A DNA stretch of 61,974 nt, counting the filler, from Sphacelaria rigidula (taxonomy: Eukaryota), in NCBI GenBank assembly GCA_964200075.2. It is 8 parts of 8 records of this genome, joined end to end, with 100 filler letters (N's around TTAATTAATTAA, not from the genome) between each part and the next. Parts side by side here need not be neighbours in the genome. Positions count along the whole stretch, not along the records: positions 7,761 to 15,420 come from CAXNAA020013888.1; positions 15,521 to 23,179 come from CAXNAA020013889.1; positions 23,280 to 30,938 come from CAXNAA020013890.1; 5 more parts are not named here. The stretch is one strand, 5' to 3'. The notes under the pieces were generated by a model that was given only the letters and a program-made list of their open reading frames with translations, ran no database searches and was not told where the DNA came from. This document shows, piece by piece, positions 12,264 through 25,480 of the stretch (position 1 is its first letter; the number at the start of each line of letters is the position of its first letter). The position numbers were made by a program, and so were the translations under genes.

Positions 12264-14964
12264 CGTGGTACTTCACAGCCCCCTGCACACACACTAGATA
12301 TATTCAGTGTGTCCGCGGAGTTGCTCCATTCGCCACAGCGAATCGGAAAAGCCCCAGAATGTTGAAGAAGACGCGTTTTTCAGTACATTTTGGCGGTTTG
12401 CAAATACGAAAATCCGCCGCCACACTGAATAGCTCCGGTGTGTGGAAAGCGCACGCATCAAACCGCGGTCCAATCCTCTGCTTCGTTGCCGAGAAATCTG
12501 CGTTGGGAAATAAGCACAACCACATACTGCAAAAAGAGGCACAACAACACCATCAGCAGCTTCTATCCTCCTGTTGTTGTAACCCTGTGTACAGGTGAAT
12601 GTTTGACGAGTTGGGTCAGCTGACAGTGATTTTTGAACGAAGAGTGGAGATGCCATTGGTAATCCAAAGAGTTGGGCGCTGAAATTCGACACGAAATTTC
12701 ATCATCAACCCGCGCAACCCTATTGGGGCTGCAGAGGAGAAAATAAGAACAGGGAATTAGAGCGAGTTGAAGTTTAAGCAAAAAAAGGAAAAATGCTATA
12801 ACTTCTTTACAAATTGATAAAGATGACGACAATGCTCCAACACATACGGGCACTCGCGTCAACGACATTCTGGTAAGTTTCGGCCAAAAATACCTGAAGT
12901 TGGGCGCGGCATCGCACTTTCCGTGTGAAACGGCCGCGCCGCGCCCCTTTAATCTAAGTGATCCAGGAGTCAATTCTGGAGGACATGAGTTCGAATCCCG
13001 ACACATTCTCTTTTTTTTGTCGTCCGCCGTCAACGTAATTTATGATGCAGTAAATTCTATTTTTATTTTTTTCCGTTTATTCAGCGGCGGTGCCGTGTGT
13101 TACCAGGTTGGTCTACACTTCACAGCGATATGCTCAAGTCGAGCTGATTTGAAAAACTTGACAAGTTGTGGTGTGGAAAGCGAATGCGGGATTTACAGCT
13201 AGTCCAGCTCGTATAGCTATGGTACATTTCGTATGAGCGCCGTCGCCATTTTGAGTGACGCTTGTACTTGTGATTGATACTGATTGGCTCATTTAGGTTT
13301 CATTTCTTCTGCATTCAACTGACCATGTAGTCGGTCGGTCCATTTCCCCGGTATTTAGTGCCCGAAATCGGGCCCCATTCACGGGCATAACTGTACCTCT
13401 GCGCTACTCCGCGTGCTCGGCGCTCAGCGCTGTGGGGACCAGAACATCGGGGGGGAAAGAGGCCAGATGAGCTAGGTCATGATCCGGATCAGTACACCAG
13501 TAAGAGGCGATATTCAGGTAGCTCATGAACTGTCAGACTTGTGCAACACATATGATGACATATGCAAAGTATACTGCTATGTTGGCGTGATATTTTTTGT
13601 TCATCATGTACAGTTTTTCGCTCCCTCTGCGTCGAAAAGTCGCCAAAAATTACCTGCAGTCAGTCGGGTGTCGTGAAACAATCGACGTGTACCTTATCCT
13701 AGGGCTGTAAACTGGGCCAGCTAATACCGTCGATTAACCTGGACCTGAGGTTAAACCTTAGCTGGCGACAAAGACAGTCCAGCAAGTATTGAGGTTGCCG
13801 CCACCGGCTATATTTTACACCGACTTTGGTATAGGATAGTTCCACCCTATTCCGGGCCACCTGTGCATCCGACTTCAATGCACCGGGGAACTCATCAAGA
13901 GCCCATACTTTGACAGATGATGACACATGAAGGTGTTCAAACAACCTTGGTTGGTGGAATCGGATTTGGGCGGGGGATGCATGGTAGCACAGGGGCAAGG
14001 AGTAGCCGTCTCCCGGGGTGCTTTCTACCGCGATCTCAGGGGGTGGTATCCACCGTTTTGACCTATATCACGCGATTGGCAATATATTTACACGGCATGG
14101 ACGTTTTTTTGAAATGACTGAAACATGGAACAATGCAATACAACAAACATTTCCTTGCCTGGAAATTTAACACAAGCATCCCCTCCCCAAATCAATCGTC
14201 ACCCGGGTGTTTCGGTCTGTTGCATCAGAATGGCGATGCACCTAAACACATGATCACATCAATAGAGCGTGCTAACGATACAGTATGTATCCCCATCCCC
14301 GATATTTCCCCACCCGGAGATGAAATCACTATATCCCCCTTCGAGACATGATGGGGGTGGTTTTTGCCGTTTTCGCTAGTTACACGGGCATTCACACACG
14401 AATAACGATACCCCCGAACACACAGGCGACGCCGTAAGATCGTTTGCACCGCATACTATTCCCTCATAACTCCGATCTACCTCCACCCCTTTCCCCCTGG
14501 ATGACATTAATGCATCCCCTCCCTGAACGATCTCAGCGAAAAGGGAGGTGTGTGATCCGACGTTTGAGCTACTTGCAGTCAGACAACAACTATGAATCTG
14601 GACTCGTAACCGGTACCAACAAGAGGTATACAATCTACGATGACTTGTGTTGATGATGCATGGCATTTCTCGGAAGAGGATTACAGGTACCACGGCGGGG
14701 GACATTTTTGAAGGTACAACAAGCCAAATACCGCGTTTTTCCATGCCTCCAGGTGTTGGCCCTCCTTACCAACCGAGGAAGCCCTTGAGCCTTGCGGCTT
14801 CCTCACTCTCCGTGGATGTTTTCCCAGTTAGTCGGCGCCGATTAACTAAAAAACTCCGTCAACTGGAAAATATTCAGTTGGCTGGACCCTGGCGCGACCA
14901 GTCTAAACACAACTGACCAGAGCCGCCAGTTCACAGCCCGACATTTTTCATGTTCGCCGCTTCA

Positions 14965-15420
14965 GGGGGAGAGAGGCGTACTCATTTTGTTGCTTGCCTT
15001 TGTCATTTGTCCATTGACCACGCACCCCTTTCGAGACGGAGCGTCGTCTCGGGAGTGTACTCATGATCATGCATGCCATAGTCATCAGACTATTGACCTC
15101 GCATCCCCACGAAGCCAGGACGGAGCACGCATGGTTTTCGCCGGACCAAGCTCGCACCCAAACCACCAAGCGCGAAGCGCCGTGGTATCTTTGGCGAGTC
15201 GCATGAAGGGTGAGCTGCATCCTGCTAAGATTGTTCGGCTCGAAGCCTACTGATCATCTTGCATCTGGATGACTGCCAACAATGAGTTGCTGCTTTATTC
15301 TGTGGTATCACCACTTCCAGAGACAGCCACAGCTTTTACACAGCCTCATGGGGGGGGGGATGTACTCATGATCATGCATGCCATAGTCATCAGACCATTG
15401 ACTTCGCATCCCTGCCATGC
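14965..15420. repeat. Head-to-tail cluster of poly(G)-anchored repeats (short unit, full ~300-bp long unit, start of another long unit)
   Basis: GTACTCAT head recurs at about 14978, 15057 and 15362; long unit matches 40427-40732. Confidence 0.85.
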
Positions 15421-15785
15421 NNNNNNNNNNNNNNNNNNNNNNNNNNNNNNNNNNNNNNNNNNNNTTAATTAATTAANNNNNNNNNNNNNNNNNNNNNNNN
15501 NNNNNNNNNNNNNNNNNNNNGCCCACCCGACTAACTTATATCGATTCTTGGACATACTGAAAATGACGCATCACGGGTTCACCTCCACAAGTAACTTCTT
15601 CCGAATAAGAGCTTGTCCTCGATACTTCTACTACAAAACGTTCACAAGTCGGGTTGCCCACTTGAACCTCATCTCGAAGTTAAACCTCAATTCGCACAAT
15701 TTGCTGTTATTTTGTTATTTTCGTCTTTGTTGTTCGTGGCCCGTCTGTTGTTGCCCTCATCGCTTCCATCGGAGCGCTCTCCAAG

Positions 15786-15836
15786 GTGCAGCTTGACGTT
15801 TCTCGCAGCTGGGATGGTCAGGGCCCGAACAAGAAG
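15786..15836 (+). CDS. Isolated candidate exon (VQLDVSRSWDGQGPNKK), product unknown
   Basis: Pyrimidine tract plus AG acceptor, AAG|GTAACC donor, open frame. Confidence 0.3.
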
Positions 15837-16320
15837 GTAACCGGAGATAGATGTTTGAAACCATTAGATTCAAGCCATGAGCATTCGCGGTCTGCACGTA
15901 GTGGAGAGTCGCGAGGAGTGGGGACCTTACATCCAGTTTGACATAGTGTGCGTCTCTCTCACCTGGTGGTTACGGGGGGTCATGTTTGGGTCCACGGGGT
16001 GGGGTATGTTTTGAGACGTTATGCCGACATTGCATTCTCGAGAAGAACACAGTTACCGTACGAAGATCAGCACCATCCTGTCAATATCTGAACTAACGAT
16101 CCTCACAAGAACAACAGTTCATGTGAAGTAATGGATGCAAGAAGATACATCGAGAATAAGGTAACCACCAGATCAATGAAAGGACAGTAATAAGGTCATT
16201 ATCTATCTTCTCAGTTAGTCAGACCACCCGTTCTTCAAACAAAACGAGGGTCCATTACGTTTTTTGGCCGTCACTTTGTTAGAGCGCTGTGGAAAGGGCC
16301 ATGTTATGGGTTTTAAGGCC

Positions 16321-16588
16321 TGTGAGGCCAGCCAGAAGAAGCACTGGTGGATCACTGCTGTTTGAGAGACTCCTCAGTCTCACTGACCTCAGTTTCAGTT
16401 CTCAGCCTTTACAACATTCCATTGTCCGGAGTGATCTTGCAAGCACAGCCACATATACCCGCAGGGTATCATCCCCGTGTCCCTGCTCATTATCCAGAAT
16501 CCTCCCAGAATCCCCCAGAATCCCCGTGCCCCCGATCATTATCCAGATCATCACCACCAACTCAACGTAACGACGTAATTTCGTCACA
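16321..16588 (-). repeat. 3' LTR (268 bp)
   Basis: TGTGAGG...CGTCACA; homologous to 20929-21195; short G-rich PPT-like tract adjacent on the minus strand (16589-16600). Confidence 0.9.
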
Positions 16589-16659
16589 GCACCCCCAAAG
16601 CGCGCTGGACGAAAAACGATCAACAAGCTCGACACATGGAAAACGCCAAAACGATGAGG

Positions 16660-19600
16660 AAGTCACAACAGAACACCATACCCACGCGTGATGCGAGCAG
16701 CAACGGCACGAGTCCACTGGGGTGCCTGCAACCTCAAATTTGGACGTTACGGACGTTGCACGAGGTCTGTAACGTCCAAATTTGAGGTTGCAGGCACCCC
16801 AGTGGCCACCCGTGTACTGGTTCCAGAGACACGAAATTGCTCAAATCATCCATGATTACCAGAATGTATCGAAACCCAGCATCCTCCGACAAACCTTGAG
16901 AAGCTAGCGGGCCACTCTCGTCCACGTACAAGAAGCCAAAATGAACGACTTCATTCCGCGTGGTCCCATGGACGATTTCACCGGGCGGGCGGGGAACAAC
17001 ATCGCCCGCACTCGAGGCAGCACGATGAAGACACTGGCGGACAAATTCGCGTACATGAGTTTCTATCCCCTGCCAGACACAAAACTCTTGCAAGCCCACG
17101 AGCGTCGTTGCCACACCACGATGCCCGGCGTCACGCATGTGCGCGCACATCATAAGACGTACCTGCAAAGTTGCACAAAACGTTTCGGCCACACACATGC
17201 ACACGAAACAGATCTTCATTGTCCAAGACAGCAGTACCAACGTCCGACTCGAAAGATTCCACATTCGCATATTCGGTCCCAAGGTCTTTTCGTTGCGCTT
17301 AGCGGACAACAGATTTGGACGGCATCGAGTCATCAGGTTCACACGGACCACACACAGCCACAGCGCGCCCGTCTAACGCACGCTTCCAGGTTGAGAATAT
17401 ACCCGAGATTACGGTGATCCGTGAAAATGTGCACGCCATCCCTCAAAAGATGCTCCAAACGACGAAAAGTGCTCACGATAGCAAAACCCTCCTTGTCAGT
17501 TGTGGCTCAACGCAACTGCAAACCCTTGAAACTACCACTGAGGAAAGCCAGTGGTTCATGTGTCATATCCTCGACCGGCAAGCGTCGTTTCATTTCAACT
17601 GTAGGCGCCTGCGTGAAAAAACTACGCCAATGGCACTCAGATGCATCCGGAAACATCAACACCCGACAATCAGGACGAGGATGGAACAGCGTCACGGCGT
17701 GAGCCACCAGATCTTTCGCTGCCGCCCACGCCTGCAGCCTGCCCTCCGTCCACGATGCAGACGGAATAGTGCGGTTGTTCGCAACACGCTTCGTCCACCT
17801 CGCACACCCGCCATGAGTCCTTCAAGGGAAAAACGCAACGGAGCTACGTTTTCTGCTATATGCGGCAACGAGGTACGCAGCCAATTCACGGCTTCAAGGA
17901 ATTGCATGAGTTCTGCGGCCGTCTCCGGGCGCCACATGTCAGACAAGCCTTGCAATCTGCCAGGGTCATGAGATACCCATCCGTGTGAGTACACTTTCCC
18001 ACATCACACGATTTCACTACCGAAGAAGGTACATTTGTGCGCCGCCGCAAATAAACCAACATTCTCTAAACGAGCCAAGATAGCATCAAACGTGTCTAAA
18101 AGTTCGTCTTCCGTGTCCGCGAAAAAAACACATCATCCACCCATGTCTTGCATTTTAAGCCGACAAAACGTTCTGTCATGATGCGTTGAAAATAAGCCGT
18201 GGTATTCAGCACGCCTTGCGGCACTCGCCTCGGGGTAAACGAGCCAAATGGAGTCGTGATTGTGGAGATCTCCTGCGCCTCCTCCGCCAACAGCATCTGC
18301 CAGAAACCTTGGAGGAAGCCCAACTTGACAGCTTAACGAGCACTCAACAGACCACGCATGTCCGACTCTTGGTTGGGCATCATAACCGGCGACTTCTCAA
18401 CCTGCTCATTTACGGCCTTGTAGTCGTTCACCAGGCGAAACGAGTCCTTCTTCGGAACCGCCATAGCCGGATTGGACCACACCGCCTGCAAGTTCCGGAA
18501 CACCAACCCGAGCGCCAAAAAAGCCGTCACGCACGACGCCAACCAACTCGACTTCACCGGATCGTACCGCTGCGGCTTCGTCTTCACCGCGGACGCTCCA
18601 GGTTTACGCTGAACACGCATGGGCTCCACGCGTGCAAGAGGATCACCCCGCAGCGCACGACGAAACGCGTTGACGTGGCGATGCAATATGCCACGCAGAC
18701 GCTTCGCTTCTGAGACCCTGAGGCCTTTCGCTGCAGCATCCGTCACGCTCTCCTCCAGCGCGACCTTGAAAGCGGACTCCTCTTCTGCCGGATCAATAAG
18801 TCATCTCCGGGCCGCGCTTCACCAAGCGTTCCACCGCCGCATACCACTCCTCGGTCACCTGCCCCCCAGCCTCCTGAAAAGCATCCACCGACAAGCTCAC
18901 GCGACGACTGCCCAACAAGGCGGGCGTCTCCAAGCGCGGACCCGGCGGAGACACCCGCGTCTTGATGGAGTCCCGCAACCGCGCATACGGGTCGACTCCA
19001 AGATTCTGAAGCGTCGGCAACCCCAAAAAAATAACGCCATCCGGCACCGGCATGATCGCAAACGAGATCGGAGGCAACGGCAACGGCCCCCAGGCAGTCG
19101 TGAAAGCCAGCTGCAGCGAAACAGTGCGCTCCGTGACGTAAACATGCTGACCCGACGCGGTGAAAACCTACCACGGCCCGAGTGAAAACGAGATGCGCAA
19201 CGGCACACCCGGGAGAAGACGCTCTAACATCTCTACAACCTACACCAACATACTCGTGAAGTGGGCGCCAGATTTCAACACAGCCCGAACCGCAACGGCG
19301 CAACGCTCCCGTTGATTTGGAAGACACAGCTCCGCACGACGTATTTGTCCGCAAACTCCACTGACACTTCATCCGCCGACCGATGCGCCGCTAATCCCAC
19401 TTGACGCCACGGCTGCGCAAGCTGCGCAGGCGAAGACGCCCCGGGAGGTTCGAACGGCACTGCCGGCGGGTATGACCCCCAGCCAGCAGACCAAGAATTT
19501 GGCGAAACTCCGACCAGCGCATTAGCAGGCGTCGCGCCTGGCGCTGCTGCCGGCGTCGCCACCGGCGCCACCACCTGCGCCGGTGTAGTGTTCGACACTG

Positions 19601-20625
19601 TAGACGTCGGTCCCACCTGCACCGCCCGTTGCGGATTAGCATCACCCGCAGCGGCGCCGGACCCAGAACCAGACCCATGCTGACGCCTTTGCCCCTGCTG
19701 CTGCTGCTGCTGAGAACTCGACTGCGATCCTCCACCGCCGGAGGATCCGCCGCCACCACCCCGATCACCTCCTCCTTTGCCCTTGTGCTGTCGATGCTGA
19801 TGGCACGCGACATGAGACTGCCCAGACTCTCCACCGGAAGAAGTTGCGCAATCGCGCGCTTAGTGGCCGACCTGGCCACAGGGGTGGCAGGTGATGGTCG
19901 CAGCGCGGTCGGCCGATTTTGAGCCGTGGTGGCGCAAACACTTCGGCGTGGAGGTGGACGACTGGCCGGAAACCTCTATCTTCCGCCACTCCCTGGCCTC
20001 GGCCATGGCGGTGTCCATCACCAGGTACGGGTCGGCCTTCCAGTCTGTTTGATGCTGCAACTTGACAAGCACGGCTTGCTTGAATTTTTCTGGTGTTGAC
20101 CCCTCCACCAAGCCTTGGTGATTACGGCAGCCGGACTGGGAATAAACTCACCATCGGGGGAACGATATACTAGTTTCACGTTCGGATTTTCCGAGAAGTA
20201 TTTCTCCAGATGGATAGGATTGGCTCCACCCGCTCTAGCATCGTATTTCCCCTAGACTCTATGGTGGCAGCTTTCGCCACGGCCGCGGACGCTTGGGTCA
20301 ACTCCACCTCGGCGACCGCCGCATGCACAGCATGCTTTTTGATCGCCGCAACCAATTCCGGCGGGGTTATTGTGCTCTCATTATATTTCACACGAGCAAA
20401 TACTCTTTGCACATGCGTCGGCACCTGTTGAGCCATCGACACAACCTAATATCACACTGCACCCCCTGCGTTAGCGTGCTCCACACGCTTTTTGTACTCC
20501 GTGTACATCGTATAGAAAGTGCTACCTACACTCTTGGAGTACCTATTCCCGCATTGGGGAGGTCGCAACTCTTCCCGCGTAACCACGGGCGTCACGCTGG
20601 ACGAACTACGCGAGCCGGTCGCCAT
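16660..20625 (-). pseudogene. Frameshifted gag-pol of the Gypsy element
   Basis: RT motifs GFWQMLL, FTPRRVPQGVLNTTAYFQ, WVDDVFF (18096-18323); RNase H MFPDASECHW (17507-17707); integrase zinc-finger remnant AHMRDAGHRG..RQCLH and VVHFGFL..YILVIMDDLSNFV (16810-17351); several stops and frameshifts. Confidence 0.92.
16714..16805. repeat. 92-bp hairpin (perfect 37-bp arms) at the integrase deletion breakpoint
   Basis: 16714-16750 is the exact reverse complement of 16769-16805. Confidence 0.95.
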
Positions 20626-20928
20626 GGCTGCAGCCGACTACCTGCGAACCTTTCGCATGTCAGCGGACCTTTGCAAATTGCACACTTCCTTGCTTCGTCG
20701 CCGCACCACACAGTCATAGGAGTCTCCAAACTCCCGCTGCACGCAGCTTCAGCAAGTCTCCAGTCTGGATCAATCACAGGTCAGAAGCCTTCCTGCAGCT
20801 ACCACCAGCTTGAACCCCCTCCACGTGTCCGTGATGCTTTAGGTTGCCAGCTGCCAGAATCCTCCGCCGAAATCCTTCCAGCAGGTTCTGCTAGGTACTA
20901 TTTCTAGCACTGACACTAACATCGATAT

Positions 20929-21195
20929 TGTGACGCCAGCCAGAAGAAGAACTGCTGGATCACTGCTGTTGAGGGGCTCCCCAGTCTTACTGGCCTCAGT
21001 TTCAGTTGTCAGCCTTAACAACATTTCATTATTCGGAGTGCCCTACCAGGCACCAGTCTTCTAGACCCGCAAGGGATAATCCCCGTGTCCCCGGTCATTA
21101 TCCGGAATCCCCCTAGAATCGTCCAGAATCCCCGTGCCCCCATCATTATCCATATCATCACCACCAACTCAACGTTACGGCATATTTTCGTCACA
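20929..21195 (-). repeat. 5' LTR (267 bp)
   Basis: TGTGACG...CGTCACA termini; homologous to 16321-16588. Confidence 0.9.
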
Positions 21196-22037
21196 CGACA
21201 AATCTATGATTCGGAGCGACACGTCGTGCTGGCGAAGGATCCCACAAACGATTTTGCTGACGTCGACAGCTGTAGCACATGAAATATAAACACCTAGTAA
21301 TCGCCTGTCACGAAACGTACGGGTAGGTCGTGCACCGAAGGTTGTATCTCTCCGGAAGGCTTGACCGTGGGACGACCCCTCTTTTCTCTAGGAACAAAAT
21401 ATTATAGGTGCTGTATGTATACACTTTGTATTGTACAACATATTCCAACATTCAGTATCCGGTACATGTTCTCTGATGTATCGTACTATCCGGTACCACT
21501 CGTTTGCTTCACCGAGTGGACTGGCATGTCCCCCCCCACTCAACATGAATCACTACTACTGTGTAACCGTCTCAACGTGTTCACGACAGGGTAAGCTTGT
21601 ACCAAAACGATTGCCCCCGAGTGGTAGTACGGTAGGGGTGCACAAATATTTCCTGAGGTTATAATTGTTGGGAACCCTTTTTATCTAATCCAAAACACGA
21701 GTTATGAAATATGTGAGAGTACGCCACGATTAGCATTCCAATGGACGAGGGATATCCCCAATGAATTCGAGAACGGGGGTGTTCTGACCCACATTCATGG
21801 GTATCTCCTAACTTCGGAAGACCCCGGCCGGATGAGAAAGATTTGGCCCCAAACATGCAACCCATTCCGTCGCATGACTCCCCCCCAACCAGGTACTTTG
21901 CTGAACGATCATAATGGCACATCCTACCGTATTGCATGCCACGGCAATAATATTAGTTTCACTTGAACGTGACCCACCGCTCCTTCATCCACCACTCCGC
22001 TCCATACCCTATGTTTTACCTGCCGCTGACAAAACAG

Positions 22038-22554
22038 CCGGGGGCAGCGGTCTCACCAACGAGGACAACGCAGGTGCGACTCCGTTTGCCGCTGAATCCG
22101 CACCACTACCGCCCCTTGAGGCGGCCTCCTTCGCCAACATGGGCATGGTGTCCTTCAACGATGAGGTTTCTGTGAGGTGGGCCAAGGTAGTCCAGGCTAG
22201 CTCATTGAAAGGCAAAATCGATGACCCCACACCGATACCGCCCTGGAAACGGCCTCGTTCGCCGATATGGGCATACTTACCTTTAACGATGAGATTTTTA
22301 TGGGTGCGGACGAAACGTTTGGCGAGAAGGCGACAGCGGTTGAGCCCGATGACATGGCCAAGGTTTCCCAAGACTGCGCCGACTGTGTTTGACAAGGCCG
22401 ATCACTCCGGCGACCAGATGATGACGTCGACGACATCGCAGTCGACAAGACGACCCGCCAACTCTCGGTGGATACAGATCACGGCGGAAGGTATGAAACG
22501 GCGTTGCCTGTGGGCGAGAGCGAGGCGTCTAGCACGCAGCCGGCCGCCATGAAG
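22038..22554 (+). pseudogene. Frameshifted exon of an acidic protein with an internal ~21-aa repeat
   Basis: CAG acceptor, AAG|GTGAGC donor; PLPPLEAASFANMGMVSFNDE recurs as PIPP(L)ETASFADMGILTFNDE in a shifted frame. Confidence 0.5.
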
Positions 22555-23442
22555 GTGAGCATAGCACCGTTGCATTGATAGTTTTTCATCGTGAGTGCAA
22601 GCGATGCTTTTTTCTCTATGACGAGATCCTTCGTGCGGTGCCGTTGTTGGCTCAATGATTTGAGAAACCGTGTCAATGAATAATCATTGTTGATTGCTCG
22701 TGTACTTCCAGAACTGTCCCATTGGTTAGGCAAACTACGCTTTTATAGACCCGTGACCGTGTTCAACTATTTTTCGATTTTTCTTTCTCCACTTGAGAAA
22801 CCCAATATGTTCTTCCTCACGTTCATTTCCACCATGCGACCGAACGGCCGGAAATGAGAAAGTCTGGCCGAAAACGGACGTCTCTCGCCCTAACCACGGG
22901 GACAAAAGAACGTCGTGAAAAAACAAACAAAAAAAAGAGAAAGTCGTCCTCGTCGTGAATGCGGCTTGCTAGATAGCCCCAAGCCGTTTTGAAGGCGTCC
23001 TCATCGTACCTCACCCTTTCCGACGTCCATGATCCTCTGCCGCGCCCGTACCCCGGTATGGCCTTATGTGCGTCCTTTGTCCCAATGCCCCCCCCCCCCC
23101 CCCCCCCCCACCACCAAAAAGGGGGAAGGAGGGGGGAATAGTCGAGGTAAAAAAAAGATTTGGCGCGGTGTTTTTTTTTNNNNNNNNNNNNNNNNNNNNN
23201 NNNNNNNNNNNNNNNNNNNNNNNTTAATTAATTAANNNNNNNNNNNNNNNNNNNNNNNNNNNNNNNNNNNNNNNNNNNNAAACTAAGAAATTACGGATTC
23301 TGCATACTTCTGACGCTGACTACTGTACTCAAAATTTGAGTAGAGTATGTGAGGCCGTACTCGACGTACTCAAACGTCGAGTAGAGTAAATACTTGAGTG
23401 AGTATTTTACTCGAGTACTCGAATGTACATACTCTACTCGAC

Positions 23443-24940
23443 CTACCCTTGAAATAATTGCATCATGCCAGGAGGGTGGTGGTGTCGGTTCCACCACTGC
23501 CGTGTATGTACCCCTGTGCTGAGTTGGTGACCTATGCTGCAGGGTTGAGTTGGTAGTTGCGAATGAACCATGTCGGTTTTGCGTAGTTCTGTGACAGGGT
23601 GGTATCTGGCACGGTTGTCTGCAACATAGCTATCATGTACCCCTTCGCCCAGTTCCGCCGCTTGTTTCGCTCGAAAAAAATGAGCTTGTCTGCTGTTGAC
23701 CTTGCCCGTCGCGCGCAAATAATTGTGAAATGCACTTGAAGCCATCTGAGAACATGAATGCTGTGGACGTATCAGGTACGGCCTCGCAGCGAACAATTCG
23801 ATTCGACCGCATGTTTTCGAGTCGAGAAATATTGGATAAGACACGGCCTCAATGCCCTGCACTTTACCCGTCTGTGTCGAAAACATCCCTGGTGGTCAGG
23901 GTACTGAATAAAACGTCAGATGACGGGGTATATCACCCCCTCCAAAGATGACGAGTTCTTTTTCGTCGTTTTTGTCGAGACGATGGGTACTGCATTACTC
24001 TTCGACCTTGCTTCATCAAACGAGATAAACGGAATCACTTCAACGCTCATCTTCCGGCATTGTGGCCATCGCAGGTTTCTATCCAACGAAGACGGAGCGT
24101 TTCATCGCATGCGCGCAATGTTGTCCGCCGGGGGCAAGAGTACCAAACGACGAGGAGCTTCAAATGACCTCACCTCTATGCGAAGCGAATCCAGGTGGGA
24201 TGACGAGGTCGATTCCCTCGCTACCGCAAAATATACCACGCTAATGTCGGATTTCTCTCCCTCACAGCCTCCAGTCGCTTCCTGCTATTCGGTTTCGCTG
24301 TGGCTGGAGTTGTTGTCGCTCACAAAATTTGAGCGTGTCGTTCCTTTTCAACAAGGTGGAGGCGGTATTGTTGGAGATTAGGCGCCTTAGGACGGCAGAC
24401 CCAGCGTCTGATGATGCTGTAAGTTGACCTATGCGTGGCTTGAAGCCACCGGTAGGTGTTGACGCGGCACTTTCAGCGACCCAAGGCGTTTAGTGCGCTG
24501 CACGACTTGAAAGAATGATTGTACACGATGCTGCGCAATGCGGTGATCCCGAAAACTAAAACACTTACTAATGACAGTTCTAGGGGGTAGGATGTGAAAC
24601 TCGCGCAAAGGCAGAGGTACAGTAGTGACAGAAGTACAGTAGATTTTACCATCGTTGTTGTGTACATCGCCCCCCCGTCAGTCGAGGCTCGCACCAAGCC
24701 GGAAACTAACCACCTTTGAAGGTTCTCCACATATTAGAGGGAGATTCCCTAGGGTTTCCTACGCCGTATCGAGCAAGATGCGGCCGTACAACGTAGCCAA
24801 AGAACTGATTATCTTCTGTAACGGACCACTGCGGACCTCTTCGGGCAGGAGCAACGTATCCTCTGTCACAGAGCCAGACTTATCGTTGCGGTCACCAGGA
24901 TGGTCTGGAAATTAAAGGGACGCTTGCTGCAGCTTTTTCT
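23443..24940 (-). pseudogene. Decayed coding region, C-terminus with a tyrosine-recombinase-like HxxR motif
   Basis: Long protein-like frame interrupted by stops, continuing into ORF 23443-23886 ...SSAFHNYLRATGKVNSRQAHFFRAKQAAELG... Confidence 0.3.
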
Positions 24941-25480
24941 TTCGGAATCAGTCGGATATCCTACGGTAACGTGCTCACACGTGAAAACATTCACCTTTTT
25001 TTTAAAGGCGGGTAATCGCCCTTTGCGTTGTAATCACTCTGTTCCACAACAGGATAATAAAGTGCGAGTTGCAACTTAAAGTTTTTCACAGATGGATGCT
25101 CTCTCTCACTCCCTCTCGCCTTTTACCTTTTACGTTCTTCGTTCACCGTACCCTGCGTTGATTATTTGTTTTCCTTGTTTCCACTGCTTCAGCTTTGTTT
25201 CGTCGTGCTGGATGAGAAGTCATGCCCAAATACTATAGTTCCCCAACAGCTGGGTTGCAACCCGCGTCTATGGCCTTCGTTCGTGTTCCCCGTACGGTTT
25301 CTTCCCCGTACGGTTTCATCGAGTGAAGCAATGCGGCAGAGGTCGGCCATCAGCTTGAGGCCTTCTCATTTTCGACAAACCCGGTTTTTGATCCATCCTG
25401 GCATCATTTCTTTGTTCGCCGCATTCCTGTTTTGCCACCCTTTTCTCTCTTGCTTCCTCTCATTTCTATCTGGTCAAGTT

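Larger units (their letters stand above)
16321..21195 (-). mobile_element. Decayed Ty3/Gypsy LTR retrotransposon
   Basis: Two direct TGTGA...TCACA LTRs flanking gag-PR-RT-RNaseH-integrase remnants in Gypsy order. Confidence 0.95.

Noticed and set aside
13699..14450. Coding-like remnants with DISPPGDEITIS resembling a SET-domain motif
   Set aside because: No RFINHSC-like motif and no consistent frame or splice structure
15075..15100. CTGATGA on the minus strand of the G-anchored repeat, suggesting a hammerhead ribozyme or retrozyme
   Set aside because: Other copies read CCTATGA or CTTATGA, and no matching GAAA core follows
17315..20907. Long plus-strand ORFs (17315-17971, 18186-18713, 18619-19185, 20293-20907)
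   Set aside because: Antisense shadows of the GC-rich Gypsy gag-pol
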